Shown: in pieces, positions 9,077-19,284 of the stretch | How positions within the stretch are numbered: the first letter of the stretch is position 1 | How the letters are laid out: each line of letters opens with the position of its first letter | The notes under the pieces: generated by a model | What the model was told of the DNA's origin: nothing | Seen by the model: the letters and a program-made list of their open reading frames with translations, nothing else | Databases searched by the model: none | DNA from: Dehalococcoidia bacterium | GTDB taxonomy: Bacteria; Chloroflexota; Dehalococcoidia; Lucifugimonadales; Australimonadaceae | Direction: 5' to 3' | NCBI GenBank assembly: GCA_965208625.1 | Contig: OZ242348.1 | Coordinates: forward strand, 1,987,957 to 2,051,956 | Length of the DNA: 64,000 nt | Position numbers and translations under genes: made by a program

Positions 9077-10318
9077 ATGCAAGAACGCCTACCCGAAACC
9101 CGGCGCAGCAGCAGGCTCCCTGCCGTGCTCGCCAGGCCCTTAGCCATCGCCGCTGCGCTCGGCGCGGGCATCTGGTACCGGAACAAGTACCGCCACCTGG
9201 TGATCAACGTGGCGGTAGGCGGCTTCGGTGCAGCATTCGTCTTCTACGTCGCCAGCTCTGTCTATGCCGCCAACTTCTTCGACTTCGATTTCCTCTTTGA
9301 GCCCTACGGCAGTCCGGACAGAAGCTCCATCTTCCCAGCGCTGAATGTGGAAGCTGGCGACCCGCGCTGGCGCGGGATCCTGAAGGGCGCCGGAAACACG
9401 ATCTCGGTCGTCGTCTTCGCCATCGCCGTCTCAACGTTCCTCGGCCTCGTCATCGGTGTAGCGCGCCTCACCCCGAACCCGCTCCTCAGCCGTGTGGCGA
9501 AGCTCTACGTCGAGCTCTTCCGTAACCTCCCGCTCCTGCTCATCATGTTCTTCTTCGCGTTCGCCATGTTCAGGGAGCTGCCCCAGATCCAGGACCGCGC
9601 AGGATTGAACGGCGTGCTCTTCATCAGCAACCGCGGAGTAGCCGTCCCCTGGGTCGGGGCGGGCAATGACTTGTGGCCGTTCTGGTTGATAGCACTCGCC
9701 GTTGGCATCGCGGCAGGGTCAGTCATCCGGAGGCGGCGGATGAAGCTGGAGAACGACACCGGGCAGAGCACCCACCCGAACACCTGGGCAGCCGCAACCT
9801 TCGGAGGGATAGCAGTCGTCAGCTACCTCGCGCTGTTGATGCCTGTCCGTATAACGCTCCCTGAGGTGGTGCAGGCCGCGTCCGGCTTCTACTCCTACGA
9901 CAGCGGCAACGTGCTCAAGCTGGGCTACGTCAGCGCGCTTATCTCGCTCTCTCTCTATTTCAGCGCCTTCATCGCAGAGATCGTCCGGGGCTCCATACAG
10001 GCCATCTCGCGCGGACAGAGCGAGGCGGCGGCGGCGCTCGGCCTCTCTGCATACCAGCAACTCTCCCTGATCATCCTGCCGCAGGCGCTGCGCATCATGA
10101 TCCCTGCTCTGAACAACGAGTACCAGAACGCGAACAAGGACTCCACGCTGGCCCACGCCATCGCCTACGGCGAGATCGTTCTCATATCCAACCGCATCGT
10201 GAATAACGAGGGCAGCCTGCTCCAGACCTACTTCTTCATCTTCGTTGTGTTCGTGCTGACCAACCTGGTCATCTCGTTCATCATGAATACCATCAACCGG
10301 AACGTGCAGGTCAAATGA
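9077..10318 (+). CDS. aapQ: Amino-acid ABC transporter permease (AapQ-like)
   Basis: 413 aa, polytopic. EAAAALGLSAYQQLSLIILPQALRIMIPAL is the His/Glu/Gln/Arg-type permease EAA loop. Confidence 0.8.
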   Translation: MQERLPETRRSSRLPAVLARPLAIAAALGAGIWYRNKYRHLVINVAVGGFGAAFVFYVASSVYAANFFDFDFLFEPYGSPDRSSIFPALNVEAGDPRWRGILKGAGNTISVVVFAIAVSTFLGLVIGVARLTPNPLLSRVAKLYVELFRNLPLLLIMFFFAFAMFRELPQIQDRAGLNGVLFISNRGVAVPWVGAGNDLWPFWLIALAVGIAAGSVIRRRRMKLENDTGQSTHPNTWAAATFGGIAVVSYLALLMPVRITLPEVVQAASGFYSYDSGNVLKLGYVSALISLSLYFSAFIAEIVRGSIQAISRGQSEAAAALGLSAYQQLSLIILPQALRIMIPALNNEYQNANKDSTLAHAIAYGEIVLISNRIVNNEGSLLQTYFFIFVVFVLTNLVISFIMNTINRNVQVK

Positions 10319-11664
10319 GCGCTGTCATCGCATCCCAGTCACGGGTCACGCAGCGCATCGAATGGGCGCGGGCGAACCTCTTCAACTCGAAGCTCAACTC
10401 GCTCATCAGCGCCGTCACGCTCGGCACCGGACTCATCCTCGCCATCCTGATCGCGAAGTTCGTCCTGTTCGATGCGAACTGGGCCCTGGTTTCTCTCAAC
10501 CGCAGGCTGTTCTTCGTCGGGGGGTACCCGGGTGAGGAGCTCTACCGGATATGGATAGCCGCCGTCGCCGCCGTCGTCCTGGCCTCGGTCTCCTACGGCA
10601 TCTGGGTCGGCAAGATGCGGCCCTACCTCATCACCGTCGGCGTTATCGCCGTCGTCATGCTCACCCTGGGCCTGGGGACGGACCTCTACATAAAGGAGAC
10701 ACCGTTCACCCAGGAGATAACGTCCGGCGGCCAGACCTCCACCATCAGCGGCATAGACCGCGAGTTGGTATGGGAGCAGGGCTGGGCGCCGAGTTGGCTA
10801 TACGCCTTCTCACTGGGACTTGCGCTGCCGTTCGGTGGAGCCTGGCTCATCATGGCCGCGCTCCTCGTGACCCTGGTCCTGGGGGCGCTGTTCGGCAAAC
10901 ACGTCCTGAGCCGGTGGAGAGGCAGCCCCATACTGCTGCAGTCCATCGGCGCCGGATGGGTGCTGCTCGTACCCGCCGCAGTGCTGCTGCAACTCGGGGT
11001 TTCCATCAACAGCTGGGGAAGTGCATTCCTGGACATCCTCATCTTCGCGGTGGGGGGCTTCTTCTCGTTCTTCATCGGCCTGGTGCTCGCACTGGGGCGA
11101 ATCTCCCCCTACCGGGCCATACGCTTCGTGTCGGTTGGGTACATAGAAGTAGTCCGTGCCGCGCCGCTCCTGGTCTGGCTCTTGTTCGCGACCTTCCTCA
11201 AGGACGAGCTGGGGCCATTGGGAGAAGCGTTCAGCAGCATATCCCTGGTCTTCCGCGTGATGATCGTGTTCGCCTTCTTCGGCGGGGCCTACATCGCGGA
11301 GGTCATCCGGGGAGGCTTGCAGTCGATACCCCGCGGACAGTACGAGGCGTCGAACGCCCTCGCCCTCACCTCGCTGCAGAAGTACGTCTTCATCATCCTG
11401 CCGCAGGCGATCAAGGCCGTCATCCCCGCGATAATCGGCCGCTTCATCGCTCTTTGGAAGGATACCGCCCTCCTCGCGGCGATATCCCTGATCAACACCC
11501 TGGAGCAAGCCAAGAAGATCCTGGCCGGCCAGACGGACATCGCGGACGGTGCATTCTTCGAGATCTACATCGTGGTCGGCCTCATCTACTGGAGCGTTTC
11601 TTACATGCTGTCTCTTCTCGGTGGGGCCGCGGAGAAGAGGCTGAGCGCAGGCGAGAGGCGGTAA
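10315..11664 (+). CDS. aapM: Amino-acid ABC transporter permease (AapM-like)
   Basis: 449 aa. 4-nt overlap with the upstream permease. EASNALALTSLQKYVFIILPQAIKAVIPA EAA loop. Confidence 0.8.
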   Translation: MSAVIASQSRVTQRIEWARANLFNSKLNSLISAVTLGTGLILAILIAKFVLFDANWALVSLNRRLFFVGGYPGEELYRIWIAAVAAVVLASVSYGIWVGKMRPYLITVGVIAVVMLTLGLGTDLYIKETPFTQEITSGGQTSTISGIDRELVWEQGWAPSWLYAFSLGLALPFGGAWLIMAALLVTLVLGALFGKHVLSRWRGSPILLQSIGAGWVLLVPAAVLLQLGVSINSWGSAFLDILIFAVGGFFSFFIGLVLALGRISPYRAIRFVSVGYIEVVRAAPLLVWLLFATFLKDELGPLGEAFSSISLVFRVMIVFAFFGGAYIAEVIRGGLQSIPRGQYEASNALALTSLQKYVFIILPQAIKAVIPAIIGRFIALWKDTALLAAISLINTLEQAKKILAGQTDIADGAFFEIYIVVGLIYWSVSYMLSLLGGAAEKRLSAGERR

Positions 11665-12411
11665 ATGGATAAGCAAGACGCTGCCGAGATAGTCCAGATC
11701 GAGAAAGTGTTCAAGCGATTCGGCGACTTTACCGCCCTCAAAAGTGTGGACCTGTCCGTGCGTGAGGGGGAAGTTGTCGTCATCATCGGTCCGTCCGGCT
11801 CCGGCAAGTCCACCCTGCTGCGGACCATCAACCAGTTGGAGAAGCACGATCAGGGACGGATCGTCGTCGATGGCATAGAACTGACCGACGACGCGCGAAG
11901 CCTGCAGCGTATACGCGCCGAGATCGGCATGGTGTTCCAGCAGTTCAACCTCTTCCCACACCTCACCGTTTTGCGGAACATCACCATCGGCCCGCAGAAG
12001 GTTCGGCACATGCCGAGGCAGGAGGCGGAAGAACTCGCTCTGCAACTCCTCACGCGGGTGGACATCCCCGAGCAGGCCGACAAGTACCCCGGTCAGCTCT
12101 CGGGCGGACAGCAGCAACGTGTCGCCATCGCTCGTGCACTGGCCATGAATCCCCGATTGATGATGTTCGACGAACCGACTTCGGCGCTTGACCCGGAGAT
12201 GATCAACGAGGTGCTGAAGGCCATGATGGAACTCGCGGCCGACGGCATGACCATGATCTGCGTCACCCACGAGATGGCCTTCGCGCGCAACGTGGCTGAC
12301 CGCGTCATCTTCATGGATGAAGGCGAGATCGTGGAGATGAGCACCCCGGAGGAGTTCTTCACCAACCCCAAGGAAGAGCGCGCCAAGGCCTTCCTCGACC
12401 AGATCCTCTAA
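11665..12411 (+). CDS. aapP: Amino-acid ABC transporter ATP-binding protein (AapP/GlnQ-like)
   Basis: 248 aa. Walker [10 protein letters not shown], signature [15 protein letters not shown], Walker [12 protein letters not shown]. Confidence 0.9.
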   Translation: MDKQDAAEIVQIEKVFKRFGDFTALKSVDLSVREGEVVVIIGPSGSGKSTLLRTINQLEKHDQGRIVVDGIELTDDARSLQRIRAEIGMVFQQFNLFPHLTVLRNITIGPQKVRHMPRQEAEELALQLLTRVDIPEQADKYPGQLSGGQQQRVAIARALAMNPRLMMFDEPTSALDPEMINEVLKAMMELAADGMTMICVTHEMAFARNVADRVIFMDEGEIVEMSTPEEFFTNPKEERAKAFLDQIL

Positions 12412-12423
12412 CGCGCTCCTACA

Positions 12424-14187
12424 TCACCAGTAGAACGGGCTGTCCTTCAACCACTCCAGTTGGTGGTACTCGAGGAAAGTAACGAGCGCATAGCGCCGAC
12501 TGCTGTCCGTCAGCCCGAATCCGTCCGCGTCCTGGATCTCAGCCGTTAAACGCCAGCCGACCAGGATGTTGTCGTTCCACAACAGCCTGTCGGTGTCCCA
12601 CAAGCGCTGGTGGTTCACACCCCCCACAACACGAGCCCCGCTGTCTACCACCTGGTTGTACACGCCCGTTGATGCAAGCGCGTCAACATCGACCGAGCCG
12701 TCTATGTGCGTCTCATACAGATGACCGAGCCCGGCAGCATAGTGCAGGAGTTCGTGCAGGGCAGCAACCAGATAGTGGTCGTTGCTGCTCGTTGCGACCT
12801 CCGCCCCTATGAGGAAGTGAGTGTTGTAGGCCACTCTCAACGCGATGCCCGGCCCCGGACTCGACCATCCGCCCGGCTCGGCGACGAGCACAACCGCTTC
12901 ATCCGATGAGCAGAATCGCCCGCAGAAATCGATGGGGGGAGCGTGCGGGTCATTCAAGTGAGGAATCTTTTCGATGGCACTGATCTCCATGTTGATGCCC
13001 AAACGCTCGGCGAGTTCAACCAGCCGATCGAGCCGCTGGGCGAAGGCTTCGTTGGGCTGCGTGGTTGCATTGACGACTTTCAACCGTACTTTGTCGTCCA
13101 AATCGTTGCGCGTCTTGATGACCACCACGACGGGTGAGTTGCTTGCTCCCGCGACGCGCTCCACGGTGAATCTCCACTCGCCTGGAACCACCACTTCATC
13201 GTAAGAGAAGCTGCGGTCAGAGGTAGCTTGTGTAAGGGCGACCGAGTGACCTCGCAATAGCCTGATCCGCGCAGGGTGGCGATCGTTGACAAAAGCCGCC
13301 ACATGATCTTTCCCGTTCGGATCTGTCAACTCAGTCAGTCTGTAGCCAGGAGTTACGAGTTGGAAGGAGCGTGCGCCTTCAGGCACTGTGAAGGAACCCG
13401 ATAGACCCCCTGCTCCCGTTAGCGGCACTTCATGACGCACGACCTGGCCATCATCCAGCGATGTAAGGCCGATACCTTGGCCAAGGATGAGATCTTCTGC
13501 AGGGACGAACAGGTGCGGCAGCGTGTATTCGCCCTCCAGATAGACGGCGTACTCCGTGATGCTCCCATCGCCAAGACACCCGGCGATGCCGGGCAACAGT
13601 TCCTCGACGTACGTTCCGGTGCATTCATTTCTGTAGCGTTCAGCACAGTCGAACCCGTCAACGATGTGGTCGTCAGTGCAGGCATGGTCTTCTGAAGAAC
13701 CGAAGAAGTAGACCGCTCTATTGGATATGACGGCGTCATCCTTGAATTGGAGACGGGGATACTCCTCAAGGAGTCCCGCCAGGTTGTACTTCACATAGGG
13801 GTCGACGCCGGGGATGTAGACCTCCGTTTCCTCTGGCCAAGGAGTCGGTGTCGGATAAGGTGTCGACGTTGGCCACGGCGACGGTATCGGAGCAGGAGTG
13901 GGAGTCTGCGTCGGTGTAGCAGTCGCTGTCGGAATCAGCGTCGGGGTCGGAGTCGGCGTGGCCGTTGGGGTTGCAGTGGGCGTCGCCGTCGGTCCAGGCG
14001 TAGGTGTAGGCATCGGCGTCAAGGTAGGAGTAGGAGTCAGTGTGGGTGTAGGCGCCGATGTAGGGGACGGTGTTGCCACCGGCTCGGGCGTGGGTGTAGG
14101 CGGGTTCTGGCAGGCCCCAACGCCGAATGCAGTCAACAACACCAGGGAAGCAACCCACGCGCTCGTTCCAACGTTGCCCAACCGCAT
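12424..14187 (-). CDS. Secreted lipoprotein with ~100-aa Pro/Thr linker and C-terminal HExxH (metzincin-like [12 protein letters not shown]) putative zinc peptidase domain
   Basis: Start taken at Met60 of ORF 12424..14364 (ATG 14187, AGGAGG SD upstream). [26 protein letters not shown] is a signal peptide plus lipobox, followed by the PT-rich linker. HELLH..G..H lies near the C-terminus. Confidence 0.7.
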   Translation of the reverse strand: MRLGNVGTSAWVASLVLLTAFGVGACQNPPTPTPEPVATPSPTSAPTPTLTPTPTLTPMPTPTPGPTATPTATPTATPTPTPTLIPTATATPTQTPTPAPIPSPWPTSTPYPTPTPWPEETEVYIPGVDPYVKYNLAGLLEEYPRLQFKDDAVISNRAVYFFGSSEDHACTDDHIVDGFDCAERYRNECTGTYVEELLPGIAGCLGDGSITEYAVYLEGEYTLPHLFVPAEDLILGQGIGLTSLDDGQVVRHEVPLTGAGGLSGSFTVPEGARSFQLVTPGYRLTELTDPNGKDHVAAFVNDRHPARIRLLRGHSVALTQATSDRSFSYDEVVVPGEWRFTVERVAGASNSPVVVVIKTRNDLDDKVRLKVVNATTQPNEAFAQRLDRLVELAERLGINMEISAIEKIPHLNDPHAPPIDFCGRFCSSDEAVVLVAEPGGWSSPGPGIALRVAYNTHFLIGAEVATSSNDHYLVAALHELLHYAAGLGHLYETHIDGSVDVDALASTGVYNQVVDSGARVVGGVNHQRLWDTDRLLWNDNILVGWRLTAEIQDADGFGLTDSSRRYALVTFLEYHQLEWLKDSPFYW

Positions 14188-14212
14188 CGAGCCTCCTACG
14201 CTTCCGCCGCAC

Positions 14213-14818
14213 TCAGACCAACGACCGCCGCATGACATGCCGCCGCTTCCCCGCGCGGCCCACTTCCGAGAACCCGTGCGCTTCGAAGACCGGGATGAAC
14301 CCACAGAAGCGGTAGCTCGGCCCGTCGGGCGGAACGGGGTACGCCTCGATGACGGACCCTCCATGCTCGCGAGCGTGCCGCGCCGCCTCCTCGATGAGGC
14401 GGTCCATCAGCCCGCGATGCCTGAATGCGTTCCGCACGTAGAAACAGGTGAGCGACCAGATCGTGCTCTCGTCCTCCCCCGGCTCCTCCACGCCCCCGAG
14501 GCCAACGAACGTCTCCCGAGGCGCGACCGAGCACCACGCAGCGGGCTCGCCGTCCACGTAAGCCAGCAGGCCCACGCGACCTCCGCCCGCGATCCTCTGC
14601 CGCATCGCCTCCTTCATGTGGGCGCGGTCGTGCGGCATCCTGCCGTCGGCGTCCCTGCGCCACATCCGGCACCAGCACCACCTGGGCCCGCCGCGCGATT
14701 CGAACAGTCGCTCGAAATCGGGCCAGCGCGCGGCGTCCACCTCGCGCACTGCTATCGCGTCCGGGCTGCTCGTTGGGGGAGTCCCTGTCATAAGATGAGG
14801 GATATACTCCTCTCTCAC
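14213..14818 (-). CDS. GNAT family N-acetyltransferase
   Basis: 201 aa. [17 protein letters not shown]...[28 protein letters not shown] is the acetyl-CoA-binding R-x-x-G-x-[AG] region. The start is uncertain (alternative ATG at 14791). Confidence 0.75.
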   Translation of the reverse strand: MREEYIPHLMTGTPPTSSPDAIAVREVDAARWPDFERLFESRGGPRWCWCRMWRRDADGRMPHDRAHMKEAMRQRIAGGGRVGLLAYVDGEPAAWCSVAPRETFVGLGGVEEPGEDESTIWSLTCFYVRNAFRHRGLMDRLIEEAARHAREHGGSVIEAYPVPPDGPSYRFCGFIPVFEAHGFSEVGRAGKRRHVMRRSLV

Positions 14819-14829
14819 GGAGGACGCAA

Positions 14830-16002
14830 ATGCTGAACGGACAGAGAGTCTTCGACGCAGACACGCACATCCACCCCTCGGTGGAGGCGCTTGAACCCTA
14901 TTTCGACAGCGAGTTCCGCGAGCGCCTGCCTGAACTCGAGCAGTACAAGGTCGGCGCGCGGTCAGACCAGACGACCACGCCCCGCGAGGACCCGTCGCGG
15001 CACCACTACGCCGTGAGCCTCAGCCCGTACCGGCGCCATCTGGGCGACGCCGAGCCGCGCGAGGTCCCGAAGGACGCGCACTCGCGCCTGCACTTCGGCG
15101 AGTACACCGGCGAGAAGCTCCCCGGCGTCGGCGTCATCGACGACTCGTTCGAGCAGCGCGTCGCCGATATGGACGAGGAAGGCACGGACGTGCACATGAT
15201 GGTGCCGGACGTGGCCATCGGCGTCTCGCTGCTCGGCGACCCCGCGCTGGAGATGGGGCTGATACGCGCCTACCACCGCCTCGTGAGCGACCTCGCCGCT
15301 GCCCACCCCGGGCGGTTCAAGGCGCTCCTCGCCGTCTCCGGCACGGACGTCGAGGGCTCCGTCGCGGAGGTCGACCGCTGGGGGAAGGAGCGGTGGGCCG
15401 CAGGCGTCCTGCCGTTCGCCGGCGTCGGCGAGCCGATGGACCACCCTCGGATGGAGCCGATCTGGGCCTCTGCCGCCAACCGGGGCCTCGGCGCGGTGCA
15501 CCACAGCATGACCTGGGCGCCCCCGTACTTCCCCGGCTACAAGGACATGGACAACAACCGCTTCCTCGCGCGCCTCTGCTCCCACCCGTGGGGCGCGATG
15601 AAGACGATGGCCTCGTTCATCGGCGCAGGCATCATGGACCGCTACCCCATCAACTTCGGAGTGCTGGAGTCAGGCGTCGGCTGGCTGCCGTTCTGGGTGC
15701 GGCGCATGGACGTGAACGCCGCCTACGTGGGTTTCACCGCCGACCTGCAGCACAAGATGAGCCAGTACGTCGCGAACGGGCGATTCTTCGCGAGCATCGA
15801 GATGACCGAGGAGGAAGACATGGTCCGCATGGTCATGGACTTCCTCGGCGAAGACATCCTCATGTACGCGTCGGACTACCCGCACGCGGAGTGCCAGTTC
15901 CCCAATTCGCCGGCCATCGTGCAGGCCTGGCCGAGCATCGGACAGGACACGATGCGGAAGTTCATGTGGGACAACGCTGTCCGGTTCTTCGGCGAGCCCT
16001 AG
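14830..16002 (+). CDS. Amidohydrolase_2 (ACMSD/LigW-type metal-dependent hydrolase/decarboxylase) paralog 1
   Basis: 390 aa. N-terminal [10 protein letters not shown]-terminal YASDYPHAE. Confidence 0.85.
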   Translation: MLNGQRVFDADTHIHPSVEALEPYFDSEFRERLPELEQYKVGARSDQTTTPREDPSRHHYAVSLSPYRRHLGDAEPREVPKDAHSRLHFGEYTGEKLPGVGVIDDSFEQRVADMDEEGTDVHMMVPDVAIGVSLLGDPALEMGLIRAYHRLVSDLAAAHPGRFKALLAVSGTDVEGSVAEVDRWGKERWAAGVLPFAGVGEPMDHPRMEPIWASAANRGLGAVHHSMTWAPPYFPGYKDMDNNRFLARLCSHPWGAMKTMASFIGAGIMDRYPINFGVLESGVGWLPFWVRRMDVNAAYVGFTADLQHKMSQYVANGRFFASIEMTEEEDMVRMVMDFLGEDILMYASDYPHAECQFPNSPAIVQAWPSIGQDTMRKFMWDNAVRFFGEP

Positions 16003-17063
16003 TCGATGCCGTAGAGCGCAGCCGGGTTGGCGGTGAGCACCTTCTCCGCGAGGATCGCGGGGATCTCCTCACGCTCGCCCTTCTCCCGCAGGATGCTCAG
16101 CGCGTTGATCTCCGCCGACTGGTCCGCGTGGCCGTAGTCCGTCCCGATGACGAGGTTGTCGCTGCCCGTCCGCGACGCGATGTAGTTCAGGTCCTCGTGC
16201 GTCTGGCAGGCGACGTAGAAGCGGCACTCCCGCAGCAGGTCCTGCTGCAGATGGACGTCCGTAAACCAGGCCATGCGCTCCTTCCGTGCCTCCAGCTCCG
16301 CGAGCGCGAACGGCACCCAGGACGACATCGCCTCCACGAACCCCACCCGCAGCCGCGGGAACTTCTCCGGGACGCGCTCCAGCACGAGCGAGACGAACGC
16401 ATCTATCGGCGGCAGCCGGTGCTGCCAGATGGGGTTCGTCATCCCCTCCGTGACCTCGCCCGCGCCGATGTGGATGCACATCGCCATGTCCAGCTCTTCC
16501 GCCTGTTGGTACAGCGGGTAGAAGTACGGGTCGCCCGCCGAGCGCTGTCCCGCCTCGACGCCGCGCTTGATCGCGCCCGCCGCGCCGTTCTCCTTCGCCC
16601 ACGCCATCTCTTCGACCGCGGCGTCGATGCTCAGCACGGGCATCGACGCGACCCACCGGAGGCGTCCGCCGGACTCGGCGCAGCGGCTGGCTATCCAGCG
16701 GTTGTAGGAGCGGCAGAGCGCCAATTCCACCTCGGGTTTCTCGCTCACGGCGCTCAGCATCGTCGTCGGGTAGAGCACCTGCACGTCGACGCCGAGTTCG
16801 TCCATCTGCCGCAGGCGCGCGGGGACGTCCTTCAACTCGCGAGTTGCCTCGGTCGTGCCGGTGCGCACGTCGTCGCGCATCCGGCGCAGGCGCATGCGGC
16901 CGTCGATGTTCCAGTAGCGCAGGAAGTTCTTCGCTATGCCGGCCGTTGCCGCATCCTCGACCGCGACCGCGGTGATGGGGCGCAGCTTCGCGTGCTCCGG
17001 CTCGAGGAAGTCCCAGGTAGCGTCGGTTTCGTCGACGTGCGCGTCCGCGTCAATGACCTTCAT
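15999..17063 (-). CDS. Amidohydrolase_2 paralog 2
   Basis: Start at Met30 of ORF 15999..17150 (MKVIDADAHVDETDATW). GTDYGHAD near the C-terminus. The stop shares a CTAG with the convergent gene. Confidence 0.85.
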   Translation of the reverse strand: MKVIDADAHVDETDATWDFLEPEHAKLRPITAVAVEDAATAGIAKNFLRYWNIDGRMRLRRMRDDVRTGTTEATRELKDVPARLRQMDELGVDVQVLYPTTMLSAVSEKPEVELALCRSYNRWIASRCAESGGRLRWVASMPVLSIDAAVEEMAWAKENGAAGAIKRGVEAGQRSAGDPYFYPLYQQAEELDMAMCIHIGAGEVTEGMTNPIWQHRLPPIDAFVSLVLERVPEKFPRLRVGFVEAMSSWVPFALAELEARKERMAWFTDVHLQQDLLRECRFYVACQTHEDLNYIASRTGSDNLVIGTDYGHADQSAEINALSILREKGEREEIPAILAEKVLTANPAALYGID

Positions 17064-17082
17064 CGTGTTGCACCTCCCCCGC

Positions 17083-19254
17083 TCAACTGTCGCGCAGCAG
17101 TCTGAGGACGTACTCGGCGGTGACCGGCAACTGGAGCACCGGCTTACCAATAGCGTCGCTCACCGCGTTGGCGACCGCAGCCGCCGTCGGCACGTTCGCC
17201 GATTCCGCGATCGCCCCGCTGTTGAAGGGGCCAGGCCCATCGTCGCGACCGACCAGCACCGTTTCGAGTCTGGGGACATCCATGATGGTGGGTATCTTGT
17301 AGTCGGCGAGGTTCAGGGCAACCGGCTTGCCTCCGTCCAGGGCGAACTCCTCCATCATGGCCATGCCGAAGCCCTGGATGGCTCCGCCCGCGATCTGGCC
17401 CTGGTGGCCAGCCGGATTGATGATCGTGCCGACGTCATGAGATGTGATGACGCGGAGCACCTTCACCTGTCCGGTCTCGGGGTCGACCTCCACTTCCGCC
17501 GCCTGGGCGGTGAATTCGGTCGTGGCGGGGTCGGGGATGAATGGGGTCTTGCGGTAGACCTCGATGGTGACGTCGCCGCCTTCCGCCGCCACGAGCGCTG
17601 CGGCGGCCTCGTCGAAGGGTGCGTCGCCCGCGGTCTCCTTGAGGCGCGCCATCAGCGTCTCCGCCGCCTGGGCGACCGCCACACCCACCGCAAAGGTCGT
17701 GCGGCTTCCTCCGACACCCATATCGAAGGGGAGTTGGTCGGTCGGCACCAACCGTACGGCAAGGCGGTCGGAATCGACGCCGAGGTGCTCCGCGGCGATC
17801 TGCTGCATAACCGTGGGGCCGCCCTGTCCGGGGTCGGGGATCGGCAGGATCAGGCTCAGCGAACGGTCCGCGTGCAGGACCAGCTTGCAGCTGGAGTCGC
17901 CGCCGATCGGGCCGCGCTCGTACATGGCAAGCCCGCGCCCCACGAGCGGCGGCTTGGGCTCGTCCCAGCCGACCGCGTCCAGCGCGGCCTGCAGCGTCTC
18001 AACCGCCTTGATGTTGACCCACTGCTCGCCGTTCGGGGCCGTGTCTCCGGGCTGCACGAGGTTCTTCAGGCGCAGCTCGGCCGCGTCCACCCCGAGTTCG
18101 GTGGCCACGATGTTCAGGTGCGACTCCACCGCGAATGTGACCTGGGGCCCGCCGGGCGAGCGCATGTGGCCGGAGGGAATCACGTTCGTGTATGCCACGT
18201 AGCTCTTCACGTCGAAGGCCGGAACGCGGTAACAGCTTGCGGTCTGCTCCATGGCATGGAGGTTGACGTTCGGGACCGCCTTGAATGCCCCGTACGCGCC
18301 GCTGTCGAAGCAGGCGCTGACCTCCAGCGCAGTCAGCATGCCGTCGTTGGTCACGCCGGTGCGCACCGTGATCTCGCTCGGGTGCCTCGTGTTCGCGGCG
18401 AGGAGTTCTTCGTCGTAGCCCATGACGATCTTGACCGGTCTGCCCGCGACCTGCGAAAGCAGGTAGGCGACCGGCGTGTCCATAGGCGAGCCCTTGCCGC
18501 CGAAGTCGCCGCCTACCGCCATCGGGTAGATCCGGATCGACGCCGGTTCCACGCCGAGTGACATGGCAAGCTGGCCCCTGAGCGCATACGGACTCTTGTT
18601 CGAGGCCCACACCTCGGCGGTGCCGTCTCCCAGCACGGAGACCACGCAGGCGTGCGTTTCCATGTAGACGTGGTGCTGCTTCTGCGTGCGGAAGGTGTTC
18701 TCCGAGACGTGGTCGGCTGCCGCGAAGCCTGCCGCGAGGTCGCCGCGCGACCAGCGGTCGAAGGAGCAGAGGTTGGGGAGATCGGGGCGTTCGGGGTGGA
18801 CGAACGCGCCGGTATAGGCCGTCGGGTCGTCGTGGACGATGGGCGCGCCGGGAGTGATCGCTTCCTGCATGTCGAAGACGGGGTCCAGCTCCTCGTATTC
18901 GACCTCGATGAGGTCGAGCGCTTCCTTCGCAGCGGCGGCTGTCTCAGCAGCCACGGCGGCAACACGCTCGCCGATGAACCGCACTTTCTCGTAGGCCAGG
19001 ACGGGGAGGTCCTTCATCGCCCGGCCGATGAGCCGGGGATAGTCGGCCCCCGTGATGACGGCGTGTACGCCGGGGACCTCCCTGGCTCTGGACGCGTCGA
19101 TACGAACGATCCGCGCATGGGGATAAGGACTCCGGAGTATCTTGCCCCAGAGCAGTCCATCCATCTCCATGTCGGCTGAGTACTGCTGTCTGCCCGTTAC
19201 CTTGTCCGGCCCCTCGACACGCCTCGTCGGGGTTCCAACGACCCGGTTCGTCAT
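17083..19254 (-). CDS. Xanthine dehydrogenase/aldehyde oxidase family molybdopterin-binding large subunit (CoxL-like)
   Basis: 723 aa. N-terminal a/b-hammerhead VVGTPTRRVEGPDKVTGRQQYSADM..ILRSPYPHARI; GGDFGGKG and Moco-binding regions. No FeS or FAD subunit genes adjacent. Confidence 0.85.
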   Translation of the reverse strand: MTNRVVGTPTRRVEGPDKVTGRQQYSADMEMDGLLWGKILRSPYPHARIVRIDASRAREVPGVHAVITGADYPRLIGRAMKDLPVLAYEKVRFIGERVAAVAAETAAAAKEALDLIEVEYEELDPVFDMQEAITPGAPIVHDDPTAYTGAFVHPERPDLPNLCSFDRWSRGDLAAGFAAADHVSENTFRTQKQHHVYMETHACVVSVLGDGTAEVWASNKSPYALRGQLAMSLGVEPASIRIYPMAVGGDFGGKGSPMDTPVAYLLSQVAGRPVKIVMGYDEELLAANTRHPSEITVRTGVTNDGMLTALEVSACFDSGAYGAFKAVPNVNLHAMEQTASCYRVPAFDVKSYVAYTNVIPSGHMRSPGGPQVTFAVESHLNIVATELGVDAAELRLKNLVQPGDTAPNGEQWVNIKAVETLQAALDAVGWDEPKPPLVGRGLAMYERGPIGGDSSCKLVLHADRSLSLILPIPDPGQGGPTVMQQIAAEHLGVDSDRLAVRLVPTDQLPFDMGVGGSRTTFAVGVAVAQAAETLMARLKETAGDAPFDEAAAALVAAEGGDVTIEVYRKTPFIPDPATTEFTAQAAEVEVDPETGQVKVLRVITSHDVGTIINPAGHQGQIAGGAIQGFGMAMMEEFALDGGKPVALNLADYKIPTIMDVPRLETVLVGRDDGPGPFNSGAIAESANVPTAAAVANAVSDAIGKPVLQLPVTAEYVLRLLRDS

Positions 19255-19284
19255 CCTGGTCTCCTCCCTCAGAACGTCGTCTGT

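Noticed and set aside
13840-14110. Apparent tandem DNA repeats (ACS/CCS)n here and at about 53560-53830.
   Set aside because: They are the coding sequence of Pro/Thr-rich linkers in exported proteins. The long antisense ORFs across them (for example 13898..14836, 53361..54059) are artefacts.
14188-14364. N-terminal extension of the HExxH lipoprotein ORF (track start 14364).
   Set aside because: It would overlap the GNAT gene and is Arg/Ser/Gly-rich. ATG 14187 has an AGGAGG SD and is followed directly by a signal peptide and lipobox.
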